The position numbers and the translations under genes were made by a program. A stretch of DNA of 64,000 bases, from positions 160,001 through 224,000 of the forward strand of contig CAWFFN010000012.1 in NCBI GenBank assembly GCA_963815115.1. The letters are read 5' to 3'. Every line of letters starts with the position of its first letter. Position 1 is the stretch's first letter. Origin of the DNA: an uncultured delta proteobacterium. Its GTDB lineage: Bacteria > Desulfobacterota > Binatia > DP-6. The notes below the pieces were generated by a model. That model made no database searches and was not told where the DNA came from. It saw only the letters and a program-made list of their open reading frames with translations. Shown piece after piece: positions 17,925 through 27,073 of the stretch.

Positions 17925-18418
17925 GGCGCGCAGGCGGAGCTGGTCTCCAGCTCGCAGCGCGACGTGCAGCAGTCGCCGTCCAGGGTGTTGCCGTCGTCGC
18001 AGTCCTCGCCGGCGTCGCGATGACCGTCGCCACACGTCGGGATGCGACGCGCGTGGAAATGCAGGGCGCCCGTGCTCGCACGCACCACGCCGCTCATGAC
18101 GTCGCAGGCGGCGTCGATCCGGGCCCGGACTCGCCGCGAGTCGGTGCCGCACGAGGCCCACGCGGTGCGCAGCCTGGTCCCGTCCCGGCCCTCGTGCACG
18201 ACCGTCATGGCCGCGGGCGCGCAGCCCGTCGCCAGGAGCACGATGCCGCCGCGCAGCTCGATCAGACCTGCCGGGCCACCTATCGGGACATCAGGGCCGC
18301 CATCGACCACGAATCGCCCGAGAGCGCAGGGGCGCCCGAAGCGGGCGGTGAGGAGCGGCGACAGCGCCGCGGCCACGTAGAGCGCGGCCAGCGCCCGCAG
18401 GATCCGTGCCCGCGACAT
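17921..18418 (-). CDS. Small exported protein ending in a DUF4215-like Cys-rich repeat
   Basis: Hydrophobic N-terminus; CGDGHRDAGEDCDDGNTLDGDCCTSRC motif. Confidence 0.75.
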   Translation of the reverse strand: MSRARILRALAALYVAAALSPLLTARFGRPCALGRFVVDGGPDVPIGGPAGLIELRGGIVLLATGCAPAAMTVVHEGRDGTRLRTAWASCGTDSRRVRARIDAACDVMSGVVRASTGALHFHARRIPTCGDGHRDAGEDCDDGNTLDGDCCTSRCELETSSACAP

Positions 18419-18471
18419 CGTGCCGCAAGCATAGGCTCCTCGGCACACATCGATTCAATGGGGTTGACTGA

Positions 18472-19551
18472 TCAGCGCGGCTCGAAGACGGTGACGTCGA
18501 TCCCGCGCTCGGAGAGCGTTCGCCTGACGTCCCCGTCGAGCAGCTGCCTGGCGGCCTCGTTCTCCTTCAGGGTCGCATCCCAGTGCGCGAGCCCCAGGCC
18601 GCGCACCCAGCGATAGGCGTGGTCCGGTGGCGCCAGCTGGTCGATCGGGGGCACGCGGTGGGCCACCTCCTCGAAGGCGCCGGGCGGCGGCATGAGGCGG
18701 AAGATCTCGTGCACCTGCTCGATCCGGTCGCAGAAGTGCATGTGGTCCGTGTTGTTCATCACCACGAGCTTCTTCCATCGGGACGGCGTCCGATCGAACA
18801 GGTCGTGCATCCCGCCGAGCGGGAGCAGCGAGTCGCGCTCCGCGACCAGGAACAGGGTCGGGACCTCGCGTCCCCAGCCGAAGTCGAGAGCCTCGTGCAG
18901 CGCCGGGACGGGTATCGGTGTCGCGCCCCCGGCGGGTGCGAGCGGAAGGGCCGCGCGGATGCGGCGATCCCGGGCCGTGACGACCAGCGTCGTCCATCCT
19001 CCGAAGCTGTGCCCGCTCATCCCGATGCGTTCCCGGTCGATGAGAGTGCCGAGGTCGCCGGAGAGCCCGTCGAGGAGCTGATCGAGGAGCACGCGGACGT
19101 CGGCGGGCCGTGCCACGGCGAAGGTACGCAGGGTGTCCCCGAAATCCGGCAGCGCGCCACCGGTCCGGGCCGTGAGGGTGGCCTGCATCACGTCGAACAC
19201 GGTGTTGCCGGTGTGATCGCAGGCCGCGACCACGTAGCCGTGGCTGGCGACGTGGGTGCAGAGGAAGGTGCTCTGCCGGCGATGGCCACCGAAGCCGTGC
19301 GAGAAGAGGACCAGCGGATGCACCCCGGATCGCGGCGCGGCATCCCGCACCGCCTCCTGGGTGACGGGTGGAAGGCCCGGCAGCATCTCGTATGCATCCT
19401 GCCGGCCGTCCAGGTCGGCACCGGCGTGCGCGTCGGTGGCCGGGTACCATACCTCGACGGCCAGCGTGCGGTCGTCGCGCGTGCGGTCCCGCAACGTGAA
19501 CGTTCGCACCCCGACCGGAAACGGGCCGCGAGCGAAGGGGTCGTAGGTCAT
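18472..19551 (-). CDS. Alpha/beta hydrolase (PAF-acetylhydrolase/dienelactone hydrolase-like)
   Basis: GPFPVG, EVWYPA, FSHGFGG, GHSFGG and DHMHF motifs. Confidence 0.88.
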   Translation of the reverse strand: MTYDPFARGPFPVGVRTFTLRDRTRDDRTLAVEVWYPATDAHAGADLDGRQDAYEMLPGLPPVTQEAVRDAAPRSGVHPLVLFSHGFGGHRRQSTFLCTHVASHGYVVAACDHTGNTVFDVMQATLTARTGGALPDFGDTLRTFAVARPADVRVLLDQLLDGLSGDLGTLIDRERIGMSGHSFGGWTTLVVTARDRRIRAALPLAPAGGATPIPVPALHEALDFGWGREVPTLFLVAERDSLLPLGGMHDLFDRTPSRWKKLVVMNNTDHMHFCDRIEQVHEIFRLMPPPGAFEEVAHRVPPIDQLAPPDHAYRWVRGLGLAHWDATLKENEAARQLLDGDVRRTLSERGIDVTVFEPR

Positions 19552-19582
19552 TCGCCAACGGCTATGCGGGAGGGGGGCGGTG

Positions 19583-19597
19583 GTCAAGACTCTTGAC
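19583..19597. promoter_or_regulatory. Palindrome GTCAAGA-C-TCTTGAC between divergent genes
   Basis: Perfect 7-bp arms; gives TTGAC on both strands. Confidence 0.5.
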
Positions 19598-19627
19598 GCC
19601 GCAGTCCGCGGAGGAGAAAGGGAGGGC

Positions 19628-20359
19628 ATGGCAGCCCGGGCAGACGGCCCGTGTGCGGCGTGCGGTGTCGAGAACGCGGCCGATCACAACTTCTGCAAGA
19701 GCTGTGGGACCCCGCTCAGCCTCGACGAGTCCGGCGACGAGCTGAAGCTCAACTTCGCCGAGCGCACGCGCGACCGCTGTCTCGACCTCCTGAAGGCGTA
19801 CCCCGACAATCCCCGCGCCCACTTCGATCTCGGCCTCGCCTACTATCACCTCGGCCAGACGGGCAACGCGACGCGCGCCTTCGAGCGCTGCCTCCAGATC
19901 GAGGACGCCTATCCCGCCGCACACTTCCAGCTTGCGCTCTGCCACTACCGGCGCGGCGCGATGGGCGAGTGCGCGGCGGCGGCGCGCAAGGCGATCGAGC
20001 TGAACCCCTCCTCGGCTCCGGCGCACTTCCGGCTGGCCATCGCGCTCTTCCACCAGGCGCGGCTCGACGAGGCGGCGCGCGCCTTCGAGCGTACCATCGC
20101 AGTCGACCCGGAGTACGTCATCGGCTGGTACCACCTGGGCGTCATCCGCGAGCGCCAGAAGAACGTCGACGACGCGATCGCCTGCTTCGAGAAGGTCGTG
20201 GAAGCGAATCCCGACGATGCGTCGGCCCACTACCACCTCGGCCTGTGCTACGAGCATCAGGGCCTCGACGGCCTCGCGATCAGCGCGCTCTCGCGGGCGC
20301 TCGAGCTCGATCCGTCGGATACCGCCGCGGCCGCCGCCCTGCAGGAGCTCCAGCGCTAG
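19628..20359 (+). CDS. Zinc-ribbon plus TPR repeat protein
   Basis: CAACG..N....NFCKSCG followed by about 5 TPRs (AHFDLGLAYYHLG, AHYHLGLCY). Confidence 0.9.
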   Translation: MAARADGPCAACGVENAADHNFCKSCGTPLSLDESGDELKLNFAERTRDRCLDLLKAYPDNPRAHFDLGLAYYHLGQTGNATRAFERCLQIEDAYPAAHFQLALCHYRRGAMGECAAAARKAIELNPSSAPAHFRLAIALFHQARLDEAARAFERTIAVDPEYVIGWYHLGVIRERQKNVDDAIACFEKVVEANPDDASAHYHLGLCYEHQGLDGLAISALSRALELDPSDTAAAAALQELQR

Positions 20360-21936
20360 ATATCGTCGCCGAGGCCGGGCTCGCGCTCTCCATGGCGAGC
20401 GGCCGCGATCGCCGCGGTGAAGAGCCCGCTCAGTATCCCCACGGCGACGAGACCGGCGAGGCCCACCCAGTCGCCTGCCGAGCGAGGATGAATGAGGCTC
20501 GCCAGCGCCGGGCCGAGGGCGAGGCCAGCGTGGGGATCGCTCCGCATCGTCTTGAGCGCCCCGAGGGTGGCCACGAGAAGTCCGGAGGCCACGATCGCCA
20601 CGATGCCGCCTGCGACGCCTCGCCCCACCAGCGCGGCGGTCCCGAGCGGCACGCCGCTCGCGGGCGGGTCGACCCGGAAGGTCGGCTCCCGGGTCCCGAG
20701 CGGGACGAAGCGGGCGAGCAGGATGAGCCCCGGCGCACCGGACGCGATGGTGAGCCAGAAGAAGGCTTTCCAGCCGACGGCGTCGACGATGAACCCGCAG
20801 ATCGGGCCCGCGATCAGCCGGGGCACCCCGAACAGGCTCGAGAAGAGCGCATACTGGGTCGCCGAGAAGCGCTTCTGGGTGAGCCGGAGCAGGAGCACGG
20901 CGAACGCGCCCGTACCCATGCCCGCGCACAGGCTCTCGAATCCCGTCGCCGCGTACATGAGCGGGCGATTCACCGGGCTGCCCGCCAGCAGCACGTAGCC
21001 CAGGCTGGCGAACGACTGCAGGAAGCCGAAGAGCCAGAGGCTGTGGCCGAGTCCGATGACGGTGGTGACGACGCCTCCGAGGAAGGTTCCTCCGAGGCTC
21101 GCCGCGAGGCCGATGGTCGCCAGCGCCACGCCGCGGTCGGTATCGCTGTAGCCCATGTCGACCAGGAACGGTCGTATCAGTGCCATCGCGAGGTTGTCGG
21201 CGAGCTTGTAGAGGACGACGAAGGCGAGGATCTCGAGCGCTCGATGGCGCGCCAGCAGCGCCAGGAAGGGCTGCCACACCGCTTCGCGAAGGCTGGCGGG
21301 ACGCGCGGGTTGCTGGGCGGGCTCGGGCGCCAGCCAGGTGATGACGAGCATCGGCAGGTAGAGCAGCGCGAGTCCGATGTTCACCAGCGGCCAGGAGTAC
21401 CGTCCGGCGAGGGTGATGGCCACGCCGCCGGCGACGAACATCGCGGCGCGGTAGAGCGCGGTCCGCGCGCCGACCGCCACGCCCTGCTCCTCGGGCAGCA
21501 GCACGTCGACGGCGTAGGCGTCGATGGCGATGTCCTGCGTCGCCGAGGCGAACGCGATCGCCAGGGCGAGCGCCCCGACGACCCACGGAGCGTCGGGATG
21601 ATGTCCCACCCCCGCGAGCGCCAGCCCGAGGGCCAGCAGGACGAGCTGCGAGATCGCGGCCCAGCCCCGTCGCCGCCCGAGCCACGGGGGCTGATAGCGG
21701 TCGAGGAACGGCGACCACAGCACCTTGAGCGACCATGGCGCCTGGGCAAGCGTGATCAGGCCGACGAGTCGGATGTCCAGCCCGATCGAGCGCATCCAGT
21801 CCGGGATCGCGATCAGTACCAGGCCGAGCGGGAGCCCCGAGGAGAACGACAGGAGCACGACGGAGGCCGTTCGCCAGGAGCGCAACGCCTCCAGCAGGCC
21901 CCTTCGACCGTCGTGCGTCCCGGTCCCCTTCCCCAC
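20356..21936 (-). CDS. ampG: AmpG family muropeptide MFS permease (start approximate)
   Basis: FSSGLP, KVLWSPFLDR, ASATQDIAIDAY, YKLAD and FSATQYALFSSL motifs. Confidence 0.9.
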   Translation of the reverse strand: MGKGTGTHDGRRGLLEALRSWRTASVVLLSFSSGLPLGLVLIAIPDWMRSIGLDIRLVGLITLAQAPWSLKVLWSPFLDRYQPPWLGRRRGWAAISQLVLLALGLALAGVGHHPDAPWVVGALALAIAFASATQDIAIDAYAVDVLLPEEQGVAVGARTALYRAAMFVAGGVAITLAGRYSWPLVNIGLALLYLPMLVITWLAPEPAQQPARPASLREAVWQPFLALLARHRALEILAFVVLYKLADNLAMALIRPFLVDMGYSDTDRGVALATIGLAASLGGTFLGGVVTTVIGLGHSLWLFGFLQSFASLGYVLLAGSPVNRPLMYAATGFESLCAGMGTGAFAVLLLRLTQKRFSATQYALFSSLFGVPRLIAGPICGFIVDAVGWKAFFWLTIASGAPGLILLARFVPLGTREPTFRVDPPASGVPLGTAALVGRGVAGGIVAIVASGLLVATLGALKTMRSDPHAGLALGPALASLIHPRSAGDWVGLAGLVAVGILSGLFTAAIAAARHGEREPGLGDDI

Positions 21937-22043
21937 CGCGCGCTCGCTTAGCAGGGCCTCTCGGTCCGTGCGAACGCTTCCGGGCCTCCGACCTGCGCCT
22001 CTTTTCGGGAATGTGCGTTCTCTGGTAAGCCGCCCCTGCCGAG

Positions 22044-22057
22044 CGAACGATCGTTCG
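22044..22057. promoter_or_regulatory. Perfect 14-bp palindrome CGAACGATCGTTCG (candidate operator)
   Basis: Lies just upstream of the amidohydrolase SD, in the divergent ampG/amidohydrolase gap. Confidence 0.5.
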
Positions 22058-22072
22058 TGCGACGGAGGACGG

Positions 22073-23260
22073 ATGGACACCCCGACCGAGCCCATGATCT
22101 CGAGCGATTCCCACATCGTCGAGCCCCCCGACCTGTGGGAGCGGTGGCTCGAGCCCGCGTTCCGTCCCTTTGCGCCCAAGCTGGTGAAGGACGACGAGGG
22201 TGGGGACGCCTGGCTGTACAACGACGGCGGGGCGCCCGCGCCGCTGGGGCTGGTCACCGTCACCCGTGACCGGCCGCGCGAGCAGCTGCGCTGGTCGGGG
22301 GCGCGCTACGCCACCATCAACCGCGGAAACTACGAGGGCGAGGCGCGGGTCGCGGAGATGCTGGAAGACGGCGTCGTGGCCGAGGTCATCTACTCGCCCC
22401 AGCGCACCATGCGCCACTTCATGCAGGGGACCGAGGATGCGCTCCATCTCGCCGGCGTGCGGGCGTACAACGATTGGCTGGCGACGGATTTCTGTGCCCG
22501 GGCTCCCGAGCGCCTGATCGGCATCGCGCAGATGCCGGCGATCGGCATCGAGCCGGCCATCGCCGAGATGCGCCGCGCCAAGTCGATCGGGTTGCGCGGC
22601 GTCCTCCTGTCGTCGTGGCCGAGCGGCAACCCGAGCCTCTCGCCCGTCGACGACCCCTTCTTCGCGGAGGCCGAGGCGCTGGGCATGCCGATCAGCCTGC
22701 ACATCGGGCTGGCGTCGCGCACCAAGGCGTCGCCGAAGCCGAAGACGCCGATGGAGGAGAAGGCCGCGCGCGGCGAGGGAACGGGCGGCCGGCAGGTGTC
22801 GGTGCTCTCGGGCGCCGGACTCGACTCGATGCCGCTGCTGCTGGGCGAGATCATCCTCACCGGAGTGCACGATCGCTTCCCCCGGCTCACCTTCGTCTCG
22901 GTGGAGGCGGGGATCGGCTGGGTGCCGTACTTCCTCGAGCAGATGGACGACCGCTACGAGCGCAACCGGCACTGGGCGAAGGTGAGGCTCGAGCGCACGC
23001 CGAGCTCGTACGTGCGGACGAACTGGCGCTTCACCTTCGTCATCGACCACTACGGGGTGAAGAACCGCCACGCGGTGGGGGTCGAGAACGTGATGTGGTC
23101 CACCGACTACCCGCACCACGGCTGCGACTGGCCTCACTCGCGCCGCACGGTGGCTGCCATGTTCGAGGGTGTGCCGCCCGACCAGCGCCAGGCGATCACC
23201 TACGGCAACTGCGCTCGACTCTACGACGTCAGGGTAGGCGAGCCGGTCCCGGCCTCGTAG
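22073..23260 (+). CDS. Amidohydrolase family protein (Amidohydro_2)
   Basis: ISSDSHIVEPPDLW, AYNDW, SLHIG and WSTDYPH motifs; SD GGAGG. Confidence 0.92.
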   Translation: MDTPTEPMISSDSHIVEPPDLWERWLEPAFRPFAPKLVKDDEGGDAWLYNDGGAPAPLGLVTVTRDRPREQLRWSGARYATINRGNYEGEARVAEMLEDGVVAEVIYSPQRTMRHFMQGTEDALHLAGVRAYNDWLATDFCARAPERLIGIAQMPAIGIEPAIAEMRRAKSIGLRGVLLSSWPSGNPSLSPVDDPFFAEAEALGMPISLHIGLASRTKASPKPKTPMEEKAARGEGTGGRQVSVLSGAGLDSMPLLLGEIILTGVHDRFPRLTFVSVEAGIGWVPYFLEQMDDRYERNRHWAKVRLERTPSSYVRTNWRFTFVIDHYGVKNRHAVGVENVMWSTDYPHHGCDWPHSRRTVAAMFEGVPPDQRQAITYGNCARLYDVRVGEPVPAS

Positions 23261-23591
23261 ACGGGTAGCGGCCGTCCCGGTCCCTTCACGCGGATCTCGC
23301 CCCGCGAGGGCACGGGAGGCGACCGCGCACCCGGCGCCGCGTCCCGCCAGCGGCCACCATCCCGAGCGCCCGACCCCGAGCGCGACCCGGCCCCGGGGGG
23401 GCCCCCTCGGCGGACCGGCCGGCGCGGTCCCGCAAGGTGCCGCCGTCCCGGCAGCCGGGGCAAACCGCAAGGGTGCCGGCTGCGTAACTTCTCCCGTGAC
23501 CACGGTACGGTCGCCGGCCTGGCGAACGAGGCAAGATTACGCGATGATCTTGGCGTCGTTTCGATCGATCTTGCACGCAAAGGAGCTACCC

Positions 23592-26500
23592 GTGGAGAGG
23601 ACCGCCGCGCCCGCCCCCGGCCCGGCTCCGGGAATCTCGGCAGGGTTCGGGCATGCCGCGTTCGTGGGGCGAGAGCGCGAGCTTGCCGAGCTGACGGGCG
23701 CGATCGATGCCGCGCGCGCTGGCCGGGGCGTCTTCTACCTGGTGAGCGGTGAGCCCGGGATCGGCAAGACACGGCTTGCCGAGCGGGTGGCCGAGGAGGC
23801 GACGTCGCGGGGATTCTCCGTCCTCTGGGGTCGCTGCTGGGAGAGCGGCGGGGCGCCCGCCTACTGGCCCTGGGTCCAGGTGCTCCGTGCGGCCTTGCGG
23901 GGGCGCGATCCGGCGACCCTCGCCGGCGCCACCGGGCGTGCGATCGCCGAGCTCGGTCAGCTCGTCCCGGAGATGGCCCACGGGCTGCCCGACCACGGGC
24001 ATTCTTCGATCCCGGGTCCCATGGTCGACGGGCCCGACGAGGCGCGGGTGCGGCTGTTCGACGCCGTGCAAGCGGTCGTCGCCACCCTGGCTGCCGAGCG
24101 ACCACTGGCCGTGCTGCTCGACGACCTCCACGCCGCCGACGATTCCTCGCTTCTCCTCCTCCAGTACCTCTCTCGCGAGCTCCAGCAGGCCCCCGTGCTC
24201 ATCCTGGGAACGCACCGCGACTGGGAGATGCGGAAGGCACCGGCTCTCCGCCGGCTTCTCGGCGGCCTCGCCCGCGCCAGCCAGCATCTCCCCCTGCGCG
24301 GGCTCGAGGAGCACGACGTCGCACGGTTCGTGGAGGCAGACCGCGGGACGGTGCCCGCGCGCTCGGTCGTCTCGGCGGTGCATCGGGCCACGGGTGGCAA
24401 TCCCTTCTTCCTCCAGGAGATCGTGCGCGGGAATCCGGGGCGAGGCGAGCTCGAGGCTCCGGCACTTCCCTCGTCCGATGCCATCGGCATCCCGATGCGG
24501 GTGCGCGAGATGGTGCGCCGGCGATTCGAGTCGCTCAGCGAGTGCTGCACCCAGACCCTGCCCGTCGCCGCGGTCCTCGGCCAGGAGTTCGACCGCGTCG
24601 TGCTCGGCCAGGCCTGCGATCTGCGCGGCGATCGGCTGCTGGGCATCCTGGACGAGGCCATCGGCGCGGGCGTGGTGCTCCACCTCGGCGGCCATCGCTA
24701 CGGGTTCTCGCACGGGATCATCCGCGAGACCCTGCGCGAGGGCGTGCCGCCGGGCGAGCGCGCCGGGCTCCACGCGCGCATCGCCGAGGTACTCGAGCGG
24801 CGCAGCCCAGGCGATCCCGGTGCCCATCTCGGCGAGCTCGCCTATCACTTCGGCGAAGCCGCGCAGGGTGGCTCCGATCCCGCCAAGGCGATCAGATACG
24901 CGCGCCAGGCGGCGCAGCATGCCATGGTGCGGCTCGCGTTCGAGGAAGCCGTGTCCCTGCTGCAGCAGGCGCTGCTCGCGCTCGATCTGGATCCGAAGGG
25001 CGATCTGGCGCTTCGCGGCGACCTGCTGCTCGCCCTGGGCGAAGCCCAGCGGCGCGCGGGCGAGGCGGACGCGGCGCGCGCGACGTTCGCCCATGCCGCC
25101 GCCGTCGGCCGCCGCCTCGGCTGCTCCACCATGCTCGGCCGCGCCGCCGTCGCCTTCGGCGGCATCGGACGCGAGCGCATCAGCGCCGACTACGACTGGA
25201 TCGCGCTCCTCGAGGAAGCCCTCGCCGCGCTCGGGGGGGAGGACAGCGCGCTGCGCGTGCGGCTGCAGGCGTGCCTTGCGATGGCGCTCTACTGGTCGGA
25301 CGGCCCCGAGCGCCGAGACGCGCTGAGCCGGGATGCCGTCGCGATGGCGCGCCGCCTCGGCGATCCCGCGACGCTCGCCTTCGCCCTGAACTTCCGGCTG
25401 AAGGCGGTCTGGGGCCCCGGCGGCATCGAGGAGCGGCTCGTGTCCGCGAGCGAGATCGTGGCCCTCGCCCGCTCGAGCGGTGATCGCCGTCTGGAATTCG
25501 AGGGCCACCGATGGCGGGTCGTGTGCCTGCTCGAGCTGGGAGACATGGTCGCCGTCGATCGCGAGATCGCGGCCGTGGCCCGCATCGCCGAGGAGCTGCG
25601 CGATCCGCTCTATCGCTGGCACAGCATGGTGTGGCGCAGCATGCGGGCCGCGGTCGACGGCGACTTCGCGCGCGCCGAGGCCCTCGCCGGCGAAGCGCTG
25701 GCCGCCGGCGAGCGGGTGCAGAGCCACGTCTCCACGCCCGTCTACCTCGGCCAGCTGTTCGGGCTCCGCCTGCACCAGGGCCGGCTGGGCGAGCTCACCG
25801 ACGTGCTGCGGGCGCTGGTCGACAGCGGCGTCAACGCCCCGGCGTATCGCTCGGGACTCGCGCAGGCGGCGGCCCAGCGAGGTGACCTCGCGCTCGCGCG
25901 GAGAGAGCTCGATTTCCTCGCCGCGGGCGGCTTTACCTGCCTGCCCACCGACTCGTCCCGCATGACCACGCTCGTCACGATCGCCGAGGTCGCGGCCACG
26001 GTGGGTGACGCGGAGCGTGCGGCGACGCTGATCGAGCACCTGCTGCCCTACGCACATCTCAACGTCGTGGTCGGGCCTGCCCTCGGCTGCTTCGGCGCCG
26101 TGGCGCGCTACCTCGGTCTGCTCGCCACGACGTGCGGGCGCTTCGAGCACGCCGAGCACTATTTCACGCATGCCCTGGCGCTCAACACCCGGCTCGGCGC
26201 GCGCGCCTGGGTCGCCCACACCCAGGCCGACTTCGCCGCGATGCTGCTCCGCCGCGGTGAGCCGGGCGATGGCGCGCGGGCCGCCGAACTCCGCGCCGCA
26301 GCCCTGCAGGCAGCCGAGGCGCTGGGAATGCCGCTCGTGCTGCAGAAACTGTGCGCGCTCGACACCCCGCAGCTCCGGGTGCCCGGCGCCGAGCGGCTGC
26401 CATGCCGCATGGTCCACGAGGGCGATTTCTGGACGGTGTGCTTCGAGGGCGTGACGAGTCGGGTGCGTGACGCGAAGGGCATGCGCTACCTGCGCCAGCT

Positions 26501-27008
26501 CTTCGCCCACCCCGGTCGAGAGTTCCACGTGCTTGCCCTCGTCGCCGACGTCGATGGGCGAGGCACGGAACCAGCTCAGGCGCCCGGCCGCATGACGCAG
26601 ATCGCGCTCGAGCAGCTCGGCATGCATCGCGACGACGACGGCGCCACCGGCATGGTGCTCGACGCCCAGGCGCGGTCGGCCTACCGCAGCCGGTTGTTCG
26701 ACCTCGAGGCCGAGCGCGACGAGGCGGAGGCGGCGAACGACCCGGGGCGCCGCGCGCGCGCCGAAGCGGAGATCGAGTTCCTGGGTCAGGAGCTGTCGCG
26801 CGCCTTCGGCATGGGCGGCCGTGCCCGCCGCGCGGGCTCGATGGCGGAGCGGGCCCGGGTGAGCGTCACGCGCGCCGTGCGAGCGGCGATCGAACGTCTC
26901 GAGAAGGCGAACCCGACCCTCGGCAAGCATCTCGACACCACGATTCGCACCGGCACGTTCTGCTCCTACACCCCTGACCCGCGGGTGCCGCCCTCCTGGC
27001 AGCTGTAG
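23592..27008 (+). CDS. Large STAND/AAA_16 ATPase-TPR regulator-like protein
   Basis: FVGRERE, Walker A GEPGIGKT, Walker B LLDDLH, TGGNPFF, TPR-like helices, C-terminal ERARVSVTRA...IRTGTFCSY domain; SD AGGAG before GTG 23592. Confidence 0.88.
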   Translation: MERTAAPAPGPAPGISAGFGHAAFVGRERELAELTGAIDAARAGRGVFYLVSGEPGIGKTRLAERVAEEATSRGFSVLWGRCWESGGAPAYWPWVQVLRAALRGRDPATLAGATGRAIAELGQLVPEMAHGLPDHGHSSIPGPMVDGPDEARVRLFDAVQAVVATLAAERPLAVLLDDLHAADDSSLLLLQYLSRELQQAPVLILGTHRDWEMRKAPALRRLLGGLARASQHLPLRGLEEHDVARFVEADRGTVPARSVVSAVHRATGGNPFFLQEIVRGNPGRGELEAPALPSSDAIGIPMRVREMVRRRFESLSECCTQTLPVAAVLGQEFDRVVLGQACDLRGDRLLGILDEAIGAGVVLHLGGHRYGFSHGIIRETLREGVPPGERAGLHARIAEVLERRSPGDPGAHLGELAYHFGEAAQGGSDPAKAIRYARQAAQHAMVRLAFEEAVSLLQQALLALDLDPKGDLALRGDLLLALGEAQRRAGEADAARATFAHAAAVGRRLGCSTMLGRAAVAFGGIGRERISADYDWIALLEEALAALGGEDSALRVRLQACLAMALYWSDGPERRDALSRDAVAMARRLGDPATLAFALNFRLKAVWGPGGIEERLVSASEIVALARSSGDRRLEFEGHRWRVVCLLELGDMVAVDREIAAVARIAEELRDPLYRWHSMVWRSMRAAVDGDFARAEALAGEALAAGERVQSHVSTPVYLGQLFGLRLHQGRLGELTDVLRALVDSGVNAPAYRSGLAQAAAQRGDLALARRELDFLAAGGFTCLPTDSSRMTTLVTIAEVAATVGDAERAATLIEHLLPYAHLNVVVGPALGCFGAVARYLGLLATTCGRFEHAEHYFTHALALNTRLGARAWVAHTQADFAAMLLRRGEPGDGARAAELRAAALQAAEALGMPLVLQKLCALDTPQLRVPGAERLPCRMVHEGDFWTVCFEGVTSRVRDAKGMRYLRQLFAHPGREFHVLALVADVDGRGTEPAQAPGRMTQIALEQLGMHRDDDGATGMVLDAQARSAYRSRLFDLEAERDEAEAANDPGRRARAEAEIEFLGQELSRAFGMGGRARRAGSMAERARVSVTRAVRAAIERLEKANPTLGKHLDTTIRTGTFCSYTPDPRVPPSWQL

Positions 27009-27073
27009 GTCCGCAGCTGGCGTCAGCCCTCCACTCCGTTCAGGCCGCCTCGGTTGATCGTGGCGAGGCCGCG

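Noticed and set aside
20356-20700. Extra C-terminal TM pair on AmpG
   Set aside because: C-terminal TM extensions are known in AmpG proteins, so this is not unusual
23445-23485. Resemblance to c-di-GMP-I (GGCAAACC) or SAM-I (CCCGGC..GGTGCC) riboswitches
   Set aside because: The remaining conserved elements (GACGCAAAGC; ATC..GAG..GAGGGA) are absent; kept only as an unassigned structured leader
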